Source: Octopus sinensis (Eukaryota). From it: a stretch of 28,305 nt of DNA. The translations under genes were made by a program, and so were the position numbers. Below the pieces are notes generated by a model. The model saw nothing but the letters and a program-made list of their open reading frames with translations, ran no database searches and was not told where the DNA came from. This document shows, piece by piece, positions 1-10,334 of the stretch. How positions within the stretch are numbered: position 1 is the stretch's first letter; every line of letters begins with the position of its first letter. The stretch lies in the NCBI RefSeq assembly GCF_006345805.1, contig NW_021833554.1, forward strand, positions 1 through 28,305, in the 5' to 3' direction.

Positions 1-663
1 ATACATATATATACATGCACATATACATATATATATACATACATATATATATTATATATATCTATATATTATATATATATTCATATATATATATATATAC
101 GTACACAACACACCTTCACACACATAGCTAAGTAAATTGAATTCTGAAAATCGTTAAGATGTATTCGGACACACACGCAGATAATCTGCCATACACCTTT
201 ACCTATATGCATGCGTATACACGTGTATGTGCGTCCGCGCTCTCACACGCCTGAAAGTGAGCGTATATTTGTATCTGTGTGTGTATGTGTGTGTATATAT
301 GATTAACTGGAGATGCTTTTGAATAAGAAACCAAGCCAGCTTAATGTACTAAAGACCCTGTATATAGAGAAAGTCATAAATAACGATATACTAAGCTAAG
401 GCGCCTAACAAGTGAGCGAAATTATTAAGTTTACTAATAGTTTTCCGCCCCAGTATGTTCTCTTAACTCTGCTAAATAGAACATTAATTCTAACTTCAAC
501 AGACACACGACACACAGACACACCATTATCCCTAACCTTAATCTAACCTTACAATAATTCTCTATAAACATTATGTAAATATACAGCACCATTCAGCATG
601 AATATTTTGCCTTTTTTTTCTTTTGCTGCTTTCATAAGGCAAATATTTACTTCTAAAGAGTTT

Positions 664-774
664 TGATGGCGATGACGATGACGACGACGATGATGGCGAT
701 GACGATGACCATGATGATGATGATACCGATGTTAATGATGATGATGGTGATGGTAATGACGAAAGCGACGACGA
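664..774. repeat. Degenerate (GAT/GAC)n trinucleotide microsatellite
   Basis: Run of gatgac/gatgat units. Confidence 0.9.
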
Positions 775-901
775 TTCTTCTTCTTCTTCTTCTTCTTCTT
801 CTTCTTCTTCTTCTTCTTCTTCTTCTTCTTCTTCTTCTTCTTCTTCTTCTTCTTCTTCTTCTTCTTCTTCTTCTTCTTCTTCTTCTTCTTCTTCTTCTTC
901 T
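775..901. repeat. Perfect (TTC)n microsatellite, about 42 units
   Basis: Uninterrupted ttc repeat; source of the poly-Leu ORF 663..944. Confidence 0.98.
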
Positions 902-961
902 CTTTATGATAATGAAACTTTTACGAGATACGTATCCAGTATAGCTCTGAACTTGACAGCC

Positions 962-1052
962 ACTTGGTTAAGAACGTACCTTCTCATCCTCCTGAATTTC
1001 GGGTTCAATTTCACCCTGTGCGCGAGATTTTGAGGAAATATTTCCTGTTATA
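962..1052 (+). mobile_element. Highly decayed SINE family A head
   Basis: 'ttggttaagaa...ttcgggttcaatttcac...gaggaaatatttcctgttata' aligns loosely to the A head seen at 7005 and (reverse strand) 17180-17278. Confidence 0.45.
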
Positions 1053-1509
1053 CTCACGGAACATACCCCCCACACACACACACACAACACACACACACAC
1101 CCCCCCCACACACACACACACAAACACATACATAATTCTGGCTGTTTCTTATCATTCACTCATTTACCGAGCAAAATAATAAATATTTTAAAAGATTTAA
1201 AATCTAGATTCATTAATGAAATTCAAATATTGAAAAAAAAACCCCTAAAAAAGTGCAAAACACATCGAAAAAATGAAGAAAAAAACCCACAAAACAAGCA
1301 AATAATAACATGATTAATCAATTTGATGTTTTATTCATTTGCGTAGGTATGTTTCGCCCCATGAGGTCGTCAACAGCGACACATACTTCGAGTAATAATG
1401 CTACTCTTTTGAACGGAGTACTGTTATCTGATCCTAGTTTCATTGCCGAAATATCATTTATTCATATTGTGGACTCCGGCGTCACATTCCCCTTCTCAAC
1501 TGAACATTT

Positions 1510-1757
1510 TTCTATGCATACACATATGCATATACTACATACTACATATAATATATATATAATACATACATATTTACATTACATACATATAGATATATAT
1601 ATATATATTATATAATATATATATATATATATATAACACCTATATATATACAAATATATAGGTACAAATGTATATATATAATACACATATATGCATCATA
1701 TATACATATACATATATATATACACATGCATAGATACATATATACATATATTCATAC

Positions 1758-1790
<33 letters not shown>

Positions 1791-1954
1791 CAAAAGATAT
1801 ATATATATATACATACATATATACATATATGTGCTCAAATACATACATACATATAGATATATATATATACACATTCATATGCATAAACACACTATACAGA
1901 TATGTATAGTATATGTATATCGTTGTGTGTGTGATATGTGTATATTATACGTAT

Positions 1955-2019
<65 letters not shown>

Positions 2020-2030
2020 TATACACGCAT
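1510..2030. repeat. Compound (TA)n/(CATA)n microsatellite field
   Basis: Direct inspection. Confidence 0.95.
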
Positions 2031-2183
2031 ATGTTACAATAATAAATCGTCCTATGAACTTCACTATAAAAATAAGCTTAGCTGATGAAGCACTCATGTA
2101 ACGAAACATGCATTCGCAAATGAAATGTAGCAGAAAGTAGATTAATCTTGCCATCATATTTGCTTACAGTTCAATTCTAAGTC

Positions 2184-2553
2184 GACAGTGTACCCAGTTG
2201 GAAACTGATACTTAGCTCTTCTCAGGGTCGCAGCACACGTCACAGCTGTTCTAGAAACCAGAGAAACCAATTCCACTTAAGGGGTACTCAAACGGCGGAC
2301 AGCAGGTGGACACCCGGGAGTCATGACTTGGATGTGCCCCCACCCCCTTGAGTATCAGGAGTTAAGTGCCGAAAAACTTGCCTAAAGGGGGTTTCTCCTC
2401 TGAGGACCACCTGCTGTTAGGCTCTCTTCGAGTTTCTTTCCGCCTGAAGTTGATGTCACTTAACGAAGACGCGGCGTTGTGAGATCGAACGCCGGTTGAT
2501 ATAGTCGTAAGACTAATTTCTCTTCCTACCATCACGACCATTCCTGCATCCAT
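2184..2553. mobile_element. Unclassified GC-richer 370-bp insertion flanked by a 10-bp direct repeat (putative TSD ATTCTAAGTC)
   Basis: attctaagtc at 2174-2183 and 2554-2563; internal inverted repeats; no TIR or poly-A seen. Confidence 0.5.
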
Positions 2554-2575
2554 ATTCTAAGTCTTAAAATGCAAT

Positions 2576-2799
2576 TACTCTTTTACTCTCTCTTTTACTC
2601 TTTTTCAGTCATTTGACTGCGGCCATGCTGGAACACCGCCTTTAGTCGAACAAATCGACCCGGGACTTATTCTTTGTAAGCCCAGTACTTATTCTAATCG
2701 GTCTCTTTGCCCGAACCGCTAAGTGACGGGGACGTAAACACAACCAGAATAGGTTGTCAAGCAATGCTAGGGGGACAAACACAGTCACACAACCCCCCT

Positions 2800-2842
<43 letters not shown>

Positions 2843-2972
2843 CATATACGACAGCTTCTTTCAGTTTCCGTCACCAAATCCACTCACAAGGCATTGGTCG
2901 GCCCGGGCTCTAGCAGAAGACACTTGCCCAGATGCCACGCAGTGGGACTGAACCCGGAACCATGTGGTTGGT
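2576..2972 (-). mobile_element. SINE family A, near full length (5' about 30 nt missing), internal (CA)/(TA) microsatellite
   Basis: Colinear with the copy at 16849-17278: (tactctttt)n tail, 'gactgcggccatgctgg', 'gccgaaccgctaag', 'gggactgaacccggaaccatgtgg'. Confidence 0.95.
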
Positions 2973-3225
2973 TTCTCTCTTTCGTTTGGAAAAGATGTCA
3001 AGAAGAAAACACCCGGATAATCTTTGCTATAAAGGAATTTCAACCTTCATATCAAACAGCATTTTTTTTTTACGCGTGAACATGGCTCGCGGCATCTTTC
3101 ATCAAACGACGATATCGTGATGAATGGAACCAAAATCTCTCAGATTAGCTTAACACCTGATAAAGGTATGATATACACGGCAGAAGAAAAGACAAAGAGA
3201 AGTATATATATATATATATATATAT

Positions 3226-3295
3226 AAAAGGCGGTTTGCTCCAGCATGGCCGCAGTCAAATGACTGAAACAAGTACAAAAAAAAAAAAAAAAAAA
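3226..3295 (+). mobile_element. 5'-truncated SINE family A 3' tail with poly(A)
   Basis: 'aaggcggtttgctccagcatggccgcagtcaaatgactgaaacaagtac' followed by an A-run. Confidence 0.9.
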
Positions 3296-3409
3296 TATAT
3301 ATATAGATATATATATATATATATACCCATATATATATACATATGTGTATATATATATATATATATGTGTGTATGTATGTATGTATGTAGTATAGATATT
3401 GCACGTATT

Positions 3410-3441
<32 letters not shown>

Positions 3442-3504
3442 ACATACATAGAATGTATCTAAATACAACATATATGCACATACATACATACATACATACG
3501 TATA

Positions 3505-3535
<31 letters not shown>

Positions 3536-3719
3536 GTATATACATTTTTACAAAGAAATATTATTTCACAAAGTATGCTAACTGTGACTCCGAAGTTTTG
3601 AGTTGCTCACCGTCAAATGTATTTTCGTAGCATTAAGTGAGAACAAGGAAAGAATGCAGAACATCCTCTACACGGCTTCATGCTATTACATTTAATTTGA
3701 CACTAAAAATAAACACAAG

Positions 3720-3850
<131 letters not shown>

Positions 3851-4192
3851 GTCAGTATGTCTGCCTGTCTCTGCATACATACACATTCCACCAGTGTTGT
3901 GTTTTTCGCGCCCATTGCCTCCCTAATCTCTCTCTCCATTTCTCTTTTTCGAAACGTAGAGTAGATGAAACCTTTAGCGATTGAAGAAGGGGTTTTTTCT
4001 TTGTGTGAATTGCCCTGTACTCTATTTTTTTGCTGTTTTTAAAAAAATGTCCAGTTCCTTTGGTTTGTGTCTATGTTTTCGTTTCTCATTGTGTTCGACG
4101 TCCCTTTGGTGTCCTGTACTCATATATGCGTGTATATGTACATGTAGAGGTAGGTACGTACATATATGTTTATATATATGCATATGTTTTAT

Positions 4193-4262
<70 letters not shown>

Positions 4263-4290
4263 AGATATAGATATGCATACATATATATAT

Positions 4291-4470
4291 GGGACGACCC
4301 CCTTCGGTCATGACTGACCATGGGATTGCTCCTAGAAAGTTACTCTCCAGTGCAAATTTCTTTATGGAAGGCCACAAGTCGCCCATGCATACCAGCAGCC
4401 CCCCTCTCCACACCACTGACGTTGTTCAAGGCAAAGACCGATACAGCTTGGCACCAGTGATGTTGCAATT
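4291..4470 (-). mobile_element. 3' part of SINE family G (decayed)
   Basis: 'gacgacccccttcggtcatgactgaccatgggattgc..agtcgcccatgcataccagc..ccgatacagcttggcaccagtga' matches an octopus SINE tail recalled from memory; single copy in this window. Confidence 0.65.
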
Positions 4471-4479
4471 TATTGATAG

Positions 4480-5057
4480 ATAGATATATATAGATAGATT
4501 GATAGATAGATAGATAGACAGACAGATAGACAGACTGGTTGATATAAAGCTAGCTAGCTAGATATATACGTGGCTGGCTTGATAGACAGAAAACTAAGAG
4601 AATTATATAAAGCACAAATAAATATTAGATGCATACATAAAAAGTTAGATAGTCAGTTAGAGAGACATTTAGATAGACTGTAAAATAGATCAACAAATAA
4701 ATAGATAGATGACCCGCTAGACTGATAGACATCTATATAAATATATAGATAGACAGATAAATATACAGATAAGAAGATATCAGTCTTAACAGACAAAGAA
4801 AAGATTGGACGAATATATAAATATTGTTTAAACAGACAATATTGTTTAAACAGAAGATAGATAAATAGATAGATAAATAGATGGATAGATAGATAGACAA
4901 ACAGATAGATAGATAGATAGGTAGATACGTGGCTGGCTTGATAGACAGAAAAACAAGTAAATCTAAGAGAATTTTATAAAGCACAAAAAATATTAGATAC
5001 GTAGATAAAAAGTTAATATAAACAGTTAGACATTTAGATTAATCAAATAGATAGGTT

Positions 5058-5134
<77 letters not shown>

Positions 5135-5369
5135 GTATATAGATTGATAGATAGATAGATTGATAGATTGATAGATAGATTGATAGACATCTATATAGAT
5201 CGAGAGATAGAAAACTTTACAGATAGGAAGATATCTGACTTAACGGACATGAAAAAAACTGAGTGGATGAAAGGCAATGATAATATGAACAAATAAATAT
5301 CGGTTAAACAGCAGGTAGATAGACAGACAGACAGATAGATAGGTAGATAGATAGATAGATAGATAGATG

Positions 5370-5421
<52 letters not shown>

Positions 5422-5428
5422 GATAGAT
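4480..5428. repeat. (GATA/GACA)n array with a higher-order two-unit duplication
   Basis: Unique anchors repeated: 'tacgtggctggcttgatagacagaaaa' near 4567 and 4926; 'tgatagacatctatata' near 4723 and 5181; 'gaagatatc..cttaac.gaca' near 4773 and 5228. Confidence 0.85.
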
Positions 5429-5707
5429 GATATGTTTCTTATTAGCCACACAGGGCTGCACAAGATAGAACAAATTACAAGGTAGAGCTTTTCTTTTGAA
5501 GGTATTAAAAAAAAAAAAAAAAAAAAAAGGAAGGGGGAGGTCGATCAAAAGGGATCGTAAAAGGAGAGAAAGGGGACAAAAAAATAAGGGGGGTTAAAAA
5601 AAAAAAAAAAAAAAAAGGGGGGGGGGGAGAGGAAAAAAAATGATCAATAGGGATCGTTATCACAGAAATGTCAATATGAAGTGTAAAGGGGAGGACAGGT
5701 GAGGTTT
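5429..5707 (-). mobile_element. 3' UTR end of a non-LTR retrotransposon (copy 1; L1/Tx1-like by recollection)
   Basis: Minus-strand end 'cagccctgtgtggctaataagaaac' runs into (ATCT)n; shares 'tagagcttttctttt' and 'gatcaatagggatc' motifs with copy 2. Confidence 0.55.
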
Positions 5708-5740
5708 ACCCAGATAGATAGATAGATAGATAGATAGATA

Positions 5741-6101
5741 ACTTTTTATTGTGGCCACACATGGCTAAACACAGAATAAAAATGGACGAAATACAATGTA
5801 GAGTTTTTTCTTTTCGAGGTGGGATGGGTGGGACACAAAGAAAAAGAAACGTTCGATCAATAGGGATCTGTGGGTTGTGTGGTGTATAAAAATATAATAT
5901 ACATATATATAAATAAAGTTCACAGTTTAGGTGTAGGCCCTGGAAAGAAAAACCTACAAAAAAGACCAAGGTCACCTCAGACAGTTCGAAAATGAACACA
6001 TGATAAGTCGCCTTACCTCTCGTTGCCTCTTTTGGTCACAGATTTACGCTTAAAATAGTGTTGTCTTTTATACTGACCATTTTTGCCACTTTTACCCACT
6101 T
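5741..6101 (-). mobile_element. 3' end of a non-LTR retrotransposon (copy 2) including last about 22 codons of a putative ORF2 (KWVKVAKMVSIKDNTILSVNL*)
   Basis: Minus-strand stop at 6036-6038, then UTR homologous to copy 1, ending 'tttagccatgtgtggccacaataaaaag' followed by (ATCT)n. Confidence 0.55.
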
Positions 6102-6235
<134 letters not shown>

Positions 6236-6639
6236 GAGTTAGAGAACTCAGAAAGACAGCGAGATTAGCGGCCATTGAAAGCGAGAAAAAGACTAAGCCA
6301 AAACAGAATGTCAAAATGAAAGAACAGAATATTGGATAGAGAACATTATATAATTTAGATAACCATAAAGACTGAAAGACAATTTCATTTTCTCATTTAT
6401 GCTATTGTTAAAATTATATTCCAAAGCGATCCAACATTTTGCCGTATCTTTTCTGTTTTTCTCATTCAATTTAGTTAATGTTATTATTCTGTTATTCTGT
6501 TATATCATTATTCTGTTATTATCTTATTCGGTTATTTTCTTATTCGATTATGTCATTGTTCTTGCTATATCCTTATTGTTCTTATCTGCGTCATTATTGC
6601 TGTTGTTATTGTTGTCGTTCACATTTCTATTTTTATTCC

Positions 6640-6642
6640 AGT

Positions 6643-6675
<33 letters not shown>

Positions 6676-6733
6676 ATATATATATGTATATATATATATG
6701 TATATGTATATATGTATATGTATATATATATGT

Positions 6734-6767
<34 letters not shown>

Positions 6768-6875
6768 ACACATATATATATGTATGTATATATATATATG
6801 TGTATATATATGTATATATATGTATATATACATGTATATACATATATATACATTTATATGCATACATATATATAA

Positions 6876-6910
<35 letters not shown>

Positions 6911-6925
6911 CACATATACACAAAT

Positions 6926-6962
<37 letters not shown>

Positions 6963-6965
6963 CAT
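6640..6965. repeat. Compound (TA)/(TATG)/(CA) microsatellite
   Basis: Direct inspection. Confidence 0.95.
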
Positions 6966-7004
6966 ACTCGCGCATACGCACTCACACACACGTATAAAAT
7001 GCAT

Positions 7005-7165
7005 AGGTGCAGGGAATGGTCTGTAGTTAAGAAGTTCGCTTTGTAATCACGCAGTTCCAGGTTCAGTCCCACCAGGCAAGTGTCTTCTACTATATCACCG
7101 GGCCGACCAATACCTTGTGAATGAACTTGGCAAAAGGAAACTGTGTGGAATCTCATCGCATATAT
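7005..7165 (+). mobile_element. SINE family A 5' half (tRNA-like head, decayed)
   Basis: 'aggtgcagggaatggtctgtagttaagaag..ggttcagtcccac..ggcaagtgtcttctactata..gggccgacc..ccttgtga'. Confidence 0.85.
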
Positions 7166-7191
7166 ACATGTGTGTGTGTTTACTGGGAGTA

Positions 7192-7262
7192 GTGTGAGAT
7201 TCGAACCCGCTATCCCTCGACGGCGAGTCCGCTTCTCTAACCACTAGACCATGTGCCTCCAC
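7192..7262 (-). mobile_element. tRNA(Arg)-like head of SINE family C (head only)
   Basis: Reverse complement 'gtggaggcacatggtctagtggttagagaagcggactcgccgtcgagggatagcgggttcgaatctcaca' has A and B boxes and matches the head at 17996. Confidence 0.85.
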
Positions 7263-7888
7263 AGTTGTGCACAATTTCTCTTCTTCATCGAAAATTATTA
7301 TATCAGGTCTGTTGTGCTTACATTTTATTGAGGTCTTCACTGAGACATTCCACCAGTATTCCTTTTTATTACGAGTGGCTATGGCTTCTACCATATTGTG
7401 GGTTCTTATTTCTTTGTCCTCAGGATTACTCTTCCGACGGATTTCAGTTCAGAGTGTCCTAGCTACAACATCATGTTTCATCGGTAGATAAAGAGTGATG
7501 ACATTTTCGGACAACTGCTTATGATGTGGCTGATATCTTCAGTGTGAACTCCACAAAGTTTGCATCGGTTGTCACACTTTACGACTTTACCTGCATCACT
7601 ATCTCTTTTGTGCATCAGGTACTTGGTTTATATTTCCTGTTCCTGGATTGCAAACGCATACCCTTCAAAGTGGGAGGTAGTAATCCGATTGTTGGTCCAT
7701 GATAAACTACTTTGATGATCAATGTTATTGTCATCACGGAGCTTTCTACTAACATATCCCTGCATAATCTTCTGCTCATGTAGGCTCATCCTTTCATCTC
7801 ATGATATGTTACGGTAGAGTCGTGCGACTTCTTTGGGTATGTATTCTAGGTTATCAGACAAAGTGTGTTGCTCAAAGAGCGTCAAGTC
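7263..7888 (-). mobile_element. Decayed R4/Dong-clade non-LTR retrotransposon fragment (post-RT region, CCHC knuckle, start of restriction-like endonuclease)
   Basis: Manual minus-strand translation: ...SHFEGYAFAIQEQEI*TKYL...CKLCGVHTEDISHIISSC (CX2CX7HX4C, 7511-7564)...WWNVSVKTSIKCKHNRPDIIIFDEEEKLC (RPD at 7302-7310); stops and frameshifts present. Confidence 0.9.
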
Positions 7889-7894
7889 AAGCAG

Positions 7895-7903
7895 CCCAAA
7901 TCT

Positions 7904-7944
<41 letters not shown>

Positions 7945-7979
7945 CACACACACACACATATATATAATATATATATAAG

Positions 7980-8051
<72 letters not shown>

Positions 8052-8086
8052 TATATGTATGTATATATACATATACATATATATAC
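7895..8086. repeat. Compound (TA)/(CA) microsatellite
   Basis: Direct inspection. Confidence 0.95.
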
Positions 8087-8241
8087 ACGACGGGCTCCTT
8101 TCAGTTTCCGTCTACCAAATCTACTCACAAGGCTTTGGTTATGGAAGAAGAGAGATGCCCAAGGTGCCACGCATGGGAACTGAACTCAGAACCATGTGGT
8201 TGGGAAGCAAGCTTCTTACCACACATCCACTCGTGCGTCTA
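8087..8241 (-). mobile_element. SINE family A 5' half with small internal deletion
   Basis: 'cgacgggctcctttcagtttccgtctaccaaatctactcacaaggctttgg..gcccaaggtgccacgca..accatgtggttgggaagcaagcttcttaccacac'. Confidence 0.9.
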
Positions 8242-8273
8242 TCACCAACATACTGAAAAAAATTTTTCTCTCG

Positions 8274-8317
8274 AAGGCGATGTTCCAGCATGGCCTCAGT
8301 TCAGTAACCGAAAAAAC
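8274..8317 (+). mobile_element. Decayed SINE family A tail fragment
   Basis: 'aaggcgatgttccagcatggcctcagt'. Confidence 0.6.
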
Positions 8318-8839
8318 GCGCAAGAAACAGACTAAATGACAACACACTGAGCCAGCCTCCACCAACCTCCTTCAACCTCCGGTCTCGCCATGGAAATTTT
8401 CCCATCTCCTCTCTCCCCCCTCACCACCGAAAGAAACAAATTAAATATTGTTATATTTTGTTATTATTGAATCACACAGTAATCGAATTGATCATTTCAA
8501 ACTGACAAAGCCGTACATTTAAACTGCGTAATATGATTAAATACGACTCGATGTTGGAAACAAAAAAAAGTGAAGATAAATATGAAGGAAAAAGCAACTC
8601 CGATCGTACTGATCTAGCATCGATTTTATAAAATTTAAAAATGTATTTGGTAAAATATTGTTGCTTTAGTTTTATCTCCTCTACCCTCTACTTTCTGTCC
8701 TTCTCCATATCCTCCTCCCTCTCTCTGTTTCTCTCTCTCTTTCTTTCTCTCTCTCTCCTTTCTCTCTCTCTCTCTCTCTGTCGATCGTGTAAAAATACGT
8801 TTAGGAAAAAAATCAAATAGAGAGAAAACTGCAGCTAGT

Positions 8840-9287
8840 TCTGTTGCTATTGCTGTTGTTGTTGTTGTTGTTGTTCTTGTAGTTGTTGCTGTTGTTGCTT
8901 CTGTTGCCTCTGGCGACACTGCTACAACAATAACTACTATTGCTACTATCACCACCATTACCACTACCACCACCACCACCACCACCACCACACCACCACA
9001 AAAACAACAACAACAACAACTACTACATCTACTACTACTACTACTACTACTACTTCATCTACTAGTACAACTACCATCACTACCAAAACCACCACAGCCA
9101 CCACTACTACTACAATAATAACAGCAACAACAGCAACAACAACCACAACTACAACTACTATTACTACTACCAAACACACCCTACCACCATCACCATCACC
9201 ACCACCACCAACTACCTCTATTAATACCCAAATCGCCACCACCCCACTACCACCACCAAGACTCCTCCTCCTCCTCCTCCTCCTCCA

Positions 9288-9321
<34 letters not shown>

Positions 9322-9322
9322 T
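8840..9322. repeat. Compound trinucleotide field (GTT, CAC, ACT, CAA, CCT)
   Basis: Direct inspection; source of the poly-Val ORFs. Confidence 0.95.
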
Positions 9323-9367
9323 CACTGCCTTACGATGGTGAATTATGTTGACAACTTTTCATTATTT

Positions 9368-9445
9368 CAATGATACTTATTTTATCGACCGTGGTGTGAT
9401 TCGAGCTCAAAGGAAGATGTGCCTAAACCACCGGAAGGAGTTAGT
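9368..9445 (-). mobile_element. Decayed, internally deleted SINE family B remnant
   Basis: Reverse complement 'tttgagctcgaatcacaccacggtcgataaaataagtatcattg' resembles B-box + 'ggtcgataaattaagtacca' core. Confidence 0.5.
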
Positions 9446-10047
9446 GTCTTGCGCTCAGCAGACTCTGACTTTCACTGCTCATCACAACAGCAGCAGTAAC
9501 AACAGAAACACCAGAGACAATGAACCACCCTTTAAGCTGGAGCTCCAGTTTGGCCTCAGTCTAATAATTATAAAACCAGTAAAAGATAACATGAAAGGCC
9601 ACACACGGAACCGACCCCTAGCAACACAACTCCGAACTCCCCACTTGAAAATCCCTATAGAAACGGTATGAGAGGGTTTCAGCGAAGCTGTTTTGGCGTC
9701 GCTTACGCAGAGTCGTTGATTCGACGCTGACTTTGTTGACCTCAGGCATTTTAATGCTCGTCTCGTTTTAATGTCTCATTTCACCCTCTCTCTTTCTCAT
9801 TCTCTCTGCTTGTGTGGGAACATTTAGTTATGTTTATATGCATGTGTAATGTTTCTTTCTTTCTTTCTTTCTCTTTTTCTAAATTTCTTTCTTTTTTCTT
9901 TCTCTTTTTCTTAATTTCTTTCTTTCTTTTTTTCTTGATTTCTTGATTTCTTTCTTCCTTTCTCTCTCTCTCTCTCTCTTTATCCGCATGTGTATATTTC
10001 TGCTCATGCATTTGTATGTGTGTGTTTGTGTGTGTGTTTTCTACCAG

Positions 10048-10173
10048 TACCAAAACGTACCGTCACCAAAATATGTTGGATATCCAGGCAACCGTGCCGC
10101 TTTACCCGCATCCACTCGTCCCATTTGACGATGAAGCAGTGGCCTTCGACCATATAAAGGTTTCCTCGTCAAG
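10048..10173 (+). other. Candidate internal exon (126 nt, phase 2-2), unknown gene
   Basis: ttttctaccag| acceptor, AAG|gtaaat donor, one open frame TKTYRHQNMLDIQATVPLYPHPLVPFDDEAVAFDHIKVSSS; no recognised homology. Confidence 0.2.
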
Positions 10174-10291
10174 GTAAATTGTGCGTAATAGTGCATGTGT
10201 ATAAATACTTCTCTGACTCTTTATATACGTGTTGTGGATCTATAAACAGGGCACATTTTAGCCACTTCTCTGCAGACGGGAAAAATTAACA

Positions 10292-10334
10292 ACCTTAATC
10301 GATTTTCGAACCTTCTTGGGTTCTCATCAGAGGC
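10292..10334 (-). ncRNA. Minimal type I hammerhead ribozyme (Penelope-like, palindromic stem III)
   Basis: Minus strand: gccu-CUGAUGA-GAACC-caagaa-GGUUC-GAA-AAUCGAUU-A/aggu; all conserved core nucleotides, G10.1-C11.1, 4-bp stem I, UUA cleavage triplet. Confidence 0.8.

Noticed and set aside
529-550. CCCTAACCTTAATCTAACCTT telomere-like stretch
   Set aside because: Only one perfect CCCTAA; too short to call an interstitial telomeric repeat
2281-2420. HDV-like ribozyme in the TSD-flanked insert
   Set aside because: A 7-bp P1-like pairing exists, but it is not followed by the GG needed for P1.1, and no P3/L3/J4-2 could be placed on either strand
3060-3165. Exon candidate ending AAG|GTATGA (..HGSRHLSSNDDIVMNGTKISQISLTPDK)
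   Set aside because: Weak acceptor context, a T10 run inside the supposed coding part and no recognisable homology
9380-9500. Protein-like peptide SSKEDVPKPPEGVSVLRSADSDFHC on the plus strand
   Set aside because: Overlaps the antisense of a decayed SINE B remnant; no start or acceptor
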